Assembly (NCBI GenBank): GCA_964244895.1
Contig: CAXTKV010000023.1
Location: 1 to 37,983 of the forward strand
Length of the DNA: 37,983 nt
Source: an uncultured Deinococcales bacterium
Lineage (GTDB): Bacteria > Deinococcota > Deinococci > Deinococcales > JAAFIG01
Direction of reading: 5' to 3'
Shown: positions 19,813-25,872 of the stretch, in pieces
How the letters are laid out: each line of letters begins with the position of its first letter
How positions within the stretch are numbered: position 1 is the first letter of the stretch
The notes under the pieces: generated by a model
Databases searched by the model: none
What the model was told of the DNA's origin: nothing
Seen by the model: the letters and a program-made list of their open reading frames with translations, nothing else
Translations under genes and position numbers: made by a program

Positions 19813-20643
19813 CTAAGGCTGGCGTTCGAAATTCGCCGAATCTAACGTCAGGATCGTTTTTGCCGGGTTGAGGCTCCATGCCAGATCGGAAACGCTGAGG
19901 TCAATTGGTACCAGACGCTTGGTCGCGTTGGGGCAATAGGTTTCCTCGAGCCAACCGATGGTTCTGGAAAACTTGAGGCTCGAAGCATCGAGCGCCACGG
20001 TGCCCCGGAATTCGGATCGCACCACGAAAGACGCGCCGCAACCGATCGGCTTGGATTGCTCGACGAAGCTTCCGTCCGCGCCCAGCCTGTAGCTGATCTC
20101 ATCGGCGGTGCCGGTGCGTTTCCAGACGCCGACCAGATCGGCGGGAAGCGCCGTGACCGGCGTACTGGGCGCACTCGGGTGCTGAAGTTGCAGGCGGTAA
20201 CGCAACCGACCCACCGAGCAGAACGAATCCGGCGGCCCGTTGTACCGCCCCGTCAGCGTCAGCACGTAACGACCGCTGGTGGGCGCGATGAACTCGAGCG
20301 GGGTTTCGGCTCGCGCCCCGCTGCCGTAGTCCCCCAACCTGGTGACGTTGCCCACCAGCGTCCCGTCGGGTGCGCGAATTTCTGCGGTCAGCACCAGGAA
20401 CGATCCGCCGAGTTGCGTCAACGCCAGCCCGACGCGCTGGCCCGCAGTGGCGTCGAAGGCGAACACGTCGGGCGTTTCGCCCTCGTTCATGGTGGCCTCG
20501 AGCGCGTCCGTGATCAGGCTGGCCTGAGCGCTCGAATCGTTCGGTTCGAACGCGTCGGCGGGAAAGGCGGGAATGGTGGTGCAAAAACACGATGACAACC
20601 CGATCAACAACATCGGTAGCCACGCGAGTCTCAGGTGTTTCAT
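19813..20643 (-). CDS. Lipoprotein with pre-peptidase C-terminal (PPC)-like domain
   Basis: Lipobox LLIGLSSC, DAFEPNDS...DVFAF...GRYVL pattern, second LVGVW lipocalin-like domain; GAGGAGG SD. Confidence 0.75.
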   Translation of the reverse strand: MKHLRLAWLPMLLIGLSSCFCTTIPAFPADAFEPNDSSAQASLITDALEATMNEGETPDVFAFDATAGQRVGLALTQLGGSFLVLTAEIRAPDGTLVGNVTRLGDYGSGARAETPLEFIAPTSGRYVLTLTGRYNGPPDSFCSVGRLRYRLQLQHPSAPSTPVTALPADLVGVWKRTGTADEISYRLGADGSFVEQSKPIGCGASFVVRSEFRGTVALDASSLKFSRTIGWLEETYCPNATKRLVPIDLSVSDLAWSLNPAKTILTLDSANFERQP

Positions 20644-20737
20644 CCGGCCTCCTCGAGCGAATCGTGGTTCGAGCCAATAGCGGTCGGTGCTTCAACCCAG
20701 TATGCCTGAGGCTCGGTTTGCCCTGGAAAAACAGCCA

Positions 20738-20762
20738 AAAAACACGTTTCTGACGGTGCTTT
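20738..20762. repeat. Repeat family A, degenerate
   Basis: AAACACGTTTCTGACGGTGCTTT. Confidence 0.45.
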
Positions 20763-20807
20763 CGTGCATCGAAAAGGTGAATGAAAAGATTCAGTTGTAA
20801 GACCGAT

Positions 20808-22748
20808 CTACAACCGCTCGAGCTGCGAATCCTTCACGCCGCCCCAGAGCGCATCTTCCGTACCGTCGGTGTTCAGCACGAAGGCGTTGCGGTCGTCCGC
20901 CAGTTGCGTCCTGAGCAGCCGCAGCACCTTGGATCTGGTTTTCTTGCGCAGCACCGGAAACACCAGTTCCAGACGGCGCTCGAAGTTGCGCGGCATCCAA
21001 TCCGCGCTGCCCGCCCAGATTTCCCAGCGCCCACCCGCCCGGAAGGCCGCGATGCGCGAGTGCTCGAGGAACCGTCCGATCAGGCTTCTGACCTTGAAGG
21101 CCGGGTGGATGCGCGTCAGGGTCGAACGGATGATCAACTCGACCTTCGCGCCGGATTCGGCGGCGCGCTCCAGCGCATCCAGCACTTTCGGGTCGGTCAG
21201 GTGGTTGAGCTTCAAGATGATGTGACCGCCCGCGTAGGATTCCGCCGCGATCCGTTCCAGCATGGCCTCGCGCGCCTGCGGGCCGACCTTCATCAATTCC
21301 AGTTGCGGGTACTTGCCTTCCTCTAAAGCCTTGAAGAAGGTGTTGGCGTCCCGCGCCAGCCCTTCGTGCGCCGTCAGGACGGACAGGTCGGTGTACAACT
21401 TGCCGGTCGCCGGGTTGTAATTGCCAGTTCCCAGGTGAACGAAGCCCTTGCCGCCGCGCCGGATGTAGAGCGCTTTGGCGTGGACTTTCAAATCTGACGG
21501 GTAGGGCAGGACGCGCACGCCGCCTTCCTTGAAGCGCAGTTGCCAGTACAGATTGGCCAGCTCGTCGAAGCGCGCCCGGCCTTCTAAAAAAACCGCCACG
21601 TCCTTGCCGTTGCGCGCGGCTTCCAGTAAGCCTTCAGCGATCGGGTTTTTGCGGCCCAAGCGGTACAGCGTGGCCCGCAGCCGATCCACTTGCGGGTCGC
21701 GCGCCACGCCCTGCACGAAGCTCACGACCGTGCCGTAATCGTCGGATGGGTGATAAAGCACCAAGTCTTGTTTCTCGAGAAAATTGAGTGGGCTCTTGTG
21801 AAAGAGCTTGCGTTTGCGCTGAACGTGCTCCGGGAAGTGCAGCGCGGCTTCCGGCAGGTCAGCGATCTGCTCCAGGAAGCGGTGATCGAGCGGCGATTCG
21901 ACCTCGAAAATTTCTTCGTTCCACAAGCCCAGCACCGCACCGACGGCTTTCAGCCACGGGAAGCCCGCTTCGACCTCGAGGCGCGCAGGTGGGCCATCCA
22001 GCCGGGATTCGAGCGCGTGCGCCAGGTCTTCCCAGTCCATGCTGCCCTTGATCTCGATGTTGGCGCGGCGCGTGACGCGCAGGGCGTAGACGGGCACGTC
22101 TTCGGGCACGAACAGATCGGCGCGCGACGCGATCAACGCCTCCAGGCGCACGAAGCTGCGCCTGCGTCCCGGCACTTCCAGAAAGCGCGGGATGCCGTCC
22201 GGCACGCGGAACAGGTGTTCCAGCCGTTCGCCTCCACCCGCCATGTAGAGCGCCCTGGAATCGAGGAAGGCCAGCGCGTCGGCGGGCATCAGGTCGGTCA
22301 TCGGTGCGACCTGTTCGGCCAGGTACGCCCCGAAGTACGCCTGTTCGTCCGGCTCGAGCCGATCGGGTTCGAGGATGTGAACGCCCGCGCCTTCCAGTTC
22401 GGGCTGCATGGATTTCAGGATGCTGGACGCCTGATTGACGGCTTGTCTGGCATCTTTGAGGAGCCTCACGTACTCGGGTTTGAGCGATTGAGATCCGTCG
22501 TGAACCTGCTGCTGCATCGGGTGGACGCGGGCCGTAAAAAATTCGTCCAGGTTGTTGGCGAAGATCGCCAGGAAACGCACGCGCTCTAAGATCGGGAAAT
22601 CCGGTCGGGTGGCTTGCAGCAGCACGCGATGGTTGAAGGTCAACCACGAGCGTTCGCGCGAGAATTGCAGGGTCTTTTTGGCCTTCTGTGTGCGGCTCGA
22701 GCCAGTTTTTGGCGCATTTTTCGCGGTTTTCGGAACGCTGGACGGCAT
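20808..22748 (-). CDS. ppk1: Polyphosphate kinase 1
   Basis: RERSWLTFNHRVL, NLDEFF, TLYR, ARFDE, LKVHAK, LGTGNYN, GRFLEHSRI, GSADWMPRNFERRLE. Alternative start at 22757. Confidence 0.95.
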   Translation of the reverse strand: MPSSVPKTAKNAPKTGSSRTQKAKKTLQFSRERSWLTFNHRVLLQATRPDFPILERVRFLAIFANNLDEFFTARVHPMQQQVHDGSQSLKPEYVRLLKDARQAVNQASSILKSMQPELEGAGVHILEPDRLEPDEQAYFGAYLAEQVAPMTDLMPADALAFLDSRALYMAGGGERLEHLFRVPDGIPRFLEVPGRRRSFVRLEALIASRADLFVPEDVPVYALRVTRRANIEIKGSMDWEDLAHALESRLDGPPARLEVEAGFPWLKAVGAVLGLWNEEIFEVESPLDHRFLEQIADLPEAALHFPEHVQRKRKLFHKSPLNFLEKQDLVLYHPSDDYGTVVSFVQGVARDPQVDRLRATLYRLGRKNPIAEGLLEAARNGKDVAVFLEGRARFDELANLYWQLRFKEGGVRVLPYPSDLKVHAKALYIRRGGKGFVHLGTGNYNPATGKLYTDLSVLTAHEGLARDANTFFKALEEGKYPQLELMKVGPQAREAMLERIAAESYAGGHIILKLNHLTDPKVLDALERAAESGAKVELIIRSTLTRIHPAFKVRSLIGRFLEHSRIAAFRAGGRWEIWAGSADWMPRNFERRLELVFPVLRKKTRSKVLRLLRTQLADDRNAFVLNTDGTEDALWGGVKDSQLERL

Positions 22749-22831
22749 GAGCAGCATTCTGTCAGGGTTGTGTCTGCTGATGTGTCAGGCGTGCGATGTG
22801 TGCAGCGTCTCTCGAGCCTCCAATGCCCTGA

Positions 22832-22881
22832 GTACCGTCCAGGACGTGAATCAGGAACACCGTACTGGACGGTATTCCTGA
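22832..22881. repeat. Repeat family A
   Basis: Arm GTACCGTCCAGGACG then hairpin TCAGGAACACCGTACTGGACGGTATTCCTGA, between divergent ppk1 and ppx. Confidence 0.8.
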
Positions 22882-22945
22882 AATCGCGGGTGTTCTGCGA
22901 TTCGCTTCGCGCCCCGGAAGGTTGCCAGACCGTAGGATGCGGGCC

Positions 22946-24442
22946 GTGGAACGCATCGGCATCGTGGATCTGGGCTCCGGCACGGCCAGGTTGGTCGTGT
23001 ACCACTACGAGACGGGCGCGTGGTTCCGCCTGACCGACGAGGTGCGCGAACCCGTCAGGCTCGGCCAGGGTTTCGCTCAGAAGGGGCAACTCGAGAAATC
23101 CGCGATCGAGCGCGCCCTCGAAGCCCTGCGGATGTACGCCGATTACGCGCACGCCACCAACCTCGGCAAGCTCGAGGTGATCGCCACCAGCGCGGTGCGC
23201 GAGGCGGCCAACCAGTCGGATTTCTTGTCGCGTTTAAAAAACTTGCCGCTCGAGTTTCACGTCCTGTCCGGCGAGCGAGAAGCCCAATACGGCGCGTTGG
23301 CGGTCGCCAACAGCTTCGATTACCCGAGTGCCTGGGTGATGGACTTGGGCGGCGGCAGCGCGCAACTGAGCCGTCTCGAGGACAGGCGTTGGGTCTCCGG
23401 GCAGGCGTTCCCGCTCGGCGGCGTGCGGCTGACCGAGATGTTCTTCAAATCCGATCCGCCAGATGAAACCGAAGTGACCAACCTCGAGAAGTTCGTGCGG
23501 CGCGAGATGCGCACCACCTTAGAACGCATGAAATCCGAACCCGCGCCGTTGGTGGCCATGGGTGGCACGATCCGCAACCTGGCGCGCAATATCCAGAAGG
23601 AGCACGGTTACCCTCTAGACGTGCTGCACGGGTTCGCGTTGCGCCGAAAGTCCCTGGAAAACCTGACCGAGAAACTCCTGGGGCTTCAATCCAGGGAACG
23701 CGCTCAGCTTCCCGGAATCCACCCGGATCGGGCCGACGTGATCCTGGCGGGCGCGCTGGTGTACCGCACCGTCATGCGCGAAGCTGGCCTGGATGAAATC
23801 ATCATTTCCGGTCAAGGCGTGCGCGAGGGCGCGTTCTACCGCCATTTCGTGCCCGACCCGCACCTGATCCCGGACGTGCGAAATTTCAGTGTCCGCAACC
23901 TGTTCGCGCACTACCCGCAACCCGAAGCCCACACCGAACGCGTGCGCTTCTTGTCCAGACGCCTGTTCGACGAACTCGAGCCGTTGCACCGTTACGGCCA
24001 AGCCGAAGCCCGTCTGCTGGACGATGCGGCGCAGCTGCACGACATCGGCATGGCGGTCAACTACTACGACCACCACAAGCACGGTGCGTACCTGGTGACC
24101 AGCGCCGCCATTCCGGGCCTGACCCCCAGAGAGCAGGCCTTGCTGGCGCTCTTGGTGCAGTACCACCGCAAGGGCGAACCGAAACTCGGAGCGTACAAGG
24201 ACTTCCTTCAGGACGGCGACGACCGGCTGGTGCTGCGCCTGTCGGCCTGTTTGCGTCTGGCCGAATACTTCGAACGTTCGCGCGCCGGTCGCGTCCAGGA
24301 TTTGAAGGTGGAAATAGGGAAAAAGACGGTGCTGATCACCCTTCAGGCCACCGAAGCGCCTCGAGTCGAACTGCGCGAGGCCGGAAAGCAATCCGGCGTC
24401 TTCAAGAAAGCTTTCGGGCGCGACATGATTCTCGAGGCTTGA
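22946..24442 (+). CDS. ppx: Exopolyphosphatase Ppx/GppA with C-terminal HD domain
   Basis: IVDLGS, ATSAVREA.N, LSGEREA, DLGGGSAQ, RADVILAG, GVREG, LHDIG, HHKHG; TAGGAT 7 nt before GTG 22946. Confidence 0.93.
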   Translation: MERIGIVDLGSGTARLVVYHYETGAWFRLTDEVREPVRLGQGFAQKGQLEKSAIERALEALRMYADYAHATNLGKLEVIATSAVREAANQSDFLSRLKNLPLEFHVLSGEREAQYGALAVANSFDYPSAWVMDLGGGSAQLSRLEDRRWVSGQAFPLGGVRLTEMFFKSDPPDETEVTNLEKFVRREMRTTLERMKSEPAPLVAMGGTIRNLARNIQKEHGYPLDVLHGFALRRKSLENLTEKLLGLQSRERAQLPGIHPDRADVILAGALVYRTVMREAGLDEIIISGQGVREGAFYRHFVPDPHLIPDVRNFSVRNLFAHYPQPEAHTERVRFLSRRLFDELEPLHRYGQAEARLLDDAAQLHDIGMAVNYYDHHKHGAYLVTSAAIPGLTPREQALLALLVQYHRKGEPKLGAYKDFLQDGDDRLVLRLSACLRLAEYFERSRAGRVQDLKVEIGKKTVLITLQATEAPRVELREAGKQSGVFKKAFGRDMILEA

Positions 24443-24450
24443 GTCCGTGG

Positions 24451-24495
24451 CACCGTCCAGCACGGTGTTTCTAAATTGCGTGCTGGACAGTGTTC
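24451..24495. repeat. Repeat family A
   Basis: CACCGTCCAGCACG...CGTGCTGGACAGTG. Confidence 0.85.
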
Positions 24496-24979
24496 AATTC
24501 TTCCCGAGGCTTTGCACGATGTGGGATGGCAGCACGAATTTCAACTGGCTTTCCTTCCCGAATTCCAGCCCGTACAGCGCCGCCTTGCGAAACTCGAAAC
24601 GCTTCGCGTGACGGGTCGTGCCCAGTAACAACAGCGAAACCAGTTCGCTCAGGAACGGCTCGTGCCCGACCAGCCCGAGCGATGTTGCACCCGCTTCCGC
24701 CCGAGATCGCAACGCATCCAGCAGCGCCTCGCCCGGACTGACCGCCAGCAATTCGCTCTGCTCGAGGGCGTCCGCCAGCCCACGTAGACCTTGCGCCGTC
24801 TGCATGGCCCTGACCAACGGGCTCGAGATGATCGCGCCGTAATGCACGTCCAGGCGCGCGAGCGCTCGCGCCAGACGCCCGACTTGCGCGTGCCCTTTTG
24901 GCGTCAGGATGCGTTGCGCATCCCGCTTTTCGTCCCTGCGCTCCTCGGCCCGTGCGTGCCGGATCAGGTGCAGAATCAT
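24494..24979 (-). CDS. sixA: Phosphohistidine phosphatase SixA
   Basis: LIRHA, LTPKG, SSPLVRAMQTA, LVGHEP; TAGGCT 7 nt before ATG 24979. Confidence 0.85.
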   Translation of the reverse strand: MILHLIRHARAEERRDEKRDAQRILTPKGHAQVGRLARALARLDVHYGAIISSPLVRAMQTAQGLRGLADALEQSELLAVSPGEALLDALRSRAEAGATSLGLVGHEPFLSELVSLLLLGTTRHAKRFEFRKAALYGLEFGKESQLKFVLPSHIVQSLGKN

Positions 24980-25398
24980 GCCCTCGAGCCTAACCTGTCG
25001 TGCGTTCCGTTCACGTCTCAACGGTGCCTCGCCGCAGTCATGCCAGAACAGGATCATCTCGGACAGACCACTGGCCTCAAAGGTTTTTATGGAGGCTAAA
25101 GTCTTACGAATAGGCGTCACGAGTCACTTCAAAAAATAAAGCATTGCGTTCAAAAGGGAATAAACATAAAGAGCGGAATTCGTAGCTCGATTCAAAAAAG
25201 TCGAAAAAATACGAGCAGTCCCAAAACAGCCCAAGTACAGAAAACCTTGTCCAGAACAGAATTTTTAGCGTTTTTGCCTTTCAAAACCCTGTCATTATTT
25301 TGTAAGTCCCAGGCTGGGAGTCCTCGGGATCGCGGGCTTCACGAAGTTAGCTTGATCACACGAAAGCAGAAAGCTTTCAGAATCCCTGGGAGGGGAAC

Positions 25399-25431
25399 AT
25401 GAAGAACAACGGATGGGCAACAGGCGGTTAA
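25399..25431 (+). CDS. Micro-peptide 1, MKNNGWATGG (10 aa)
   Basis: ATG AAG AAC AAC GGA TGG GCA ACA GGC GGT TAA preceded by a strong SD (GGGAGGGG); paralogous to micro-peptide 3. Not in the ORF track. Confidence 0.65.
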   Translation: MKNNGWATGG

Positions 25432-25493
25432 GCTCCACCCCATAATCGATTCTTCACTTCAATTCTTGCCAACGTTTTTGAAAGAGGTTGACC

Positions 25494-25631
25494 GTGTTCG
25501 TTCCAAAGAATCCCACATCCAAAACTGCTGATCAGTCCAAGGGCTCTTCCTCGAACAAACAGGACGTTCGGGCATCGGTCAAAACGACGAAGGTGGCGGG
25601 TCGGGTCTGGGCGGGCGGTTGGGCACACTGA
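25494..25631 (+). CDS. Small peptide 2, 45 aa, MFVPKNPTSKTADQSKGSSSNKQDVRASVKTTKVAGRVWAGGWAH
   Basis: GTG start after AAAGAGGT SD; hydrophilic Lys/Ser/Thr-rich N-terminus; C-terminal WAGGWA matches the flanking micro-peptides. Confidence 0.55.
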   Translation: MFVPKNPTSKTADQSKGSSSNKQDVRASVKTTKVAGRVWAGGWAH

Positions 25632-25679
25632 AGTTCAAGCACTACATACATTAAATTCTTTAACCCTGGGAGGGGACAC

Positions 25680-25721
25680 ATGAAAACTTACGGTTGGGCA
25701 GCTGGCAACGGCGGCGGTTAA
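25680..25721 (+). CDS. Micro-peptide 3, MKTYGWAAGNGGG (13 aa)
   Basis: Same CCCTGGGAGGGGA leader/SD as peptide 1; ATG AAA ACT TAC GGT TGG GCA GCT GGC AAC GGC GGC GGT TAA. Confidence 0.65.
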   Translation: MKTYGWAAGNGGG

Positions 25722-25751
25722 GTTTTACCCGATATACACACGTTCATCTTC

Positions 25752-25786
25752 CGAGGGCGATTCATAAAAATCGCCCTCGTGCTTTT
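25752..25786 (+). terminator. Hairpin/terminator closing the peptide cassette
   Basis: 11-bp perfect stem CGAGGGCGATT / AATCGCCCTCG, 6-nt loop, followed by TGCTTTT. Confidence 0.65.
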
Positions 25787-25813
25787 GACACGTGGTCAGC
25801 GCGTCGGTAAGAA
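25785..25813 (+). promoter_or_regulatory. Candidate sigma70 promoter of the TPR/HD-GYP gene
   Basis: TTGACA, 17 nt, TAAGAA. An alternative extended -10 (TGGTATTGT) lies near 25839-25847. Confidence 0.35.
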
Positions 25814-25872
25814 AGCTGTGAGCTATTGCACATCATTCTGGTATTGTCTAGTCCCCTGGCTCGACTCCTGAC

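Noticed and set aside
25428..25628. 66-aa minus-strand ORF from the track
   Set aside because: No evident SD or motif; it is antisense to the SD-led GWA peptide ORF.
25384..25730. Duplicated unit as a mini-CRISPR or IS end
   Set aside because: Only two copies 281 nt apart, each with SD, ATG and stop, and synonymous differences; a peptide-coding explanation fits better.
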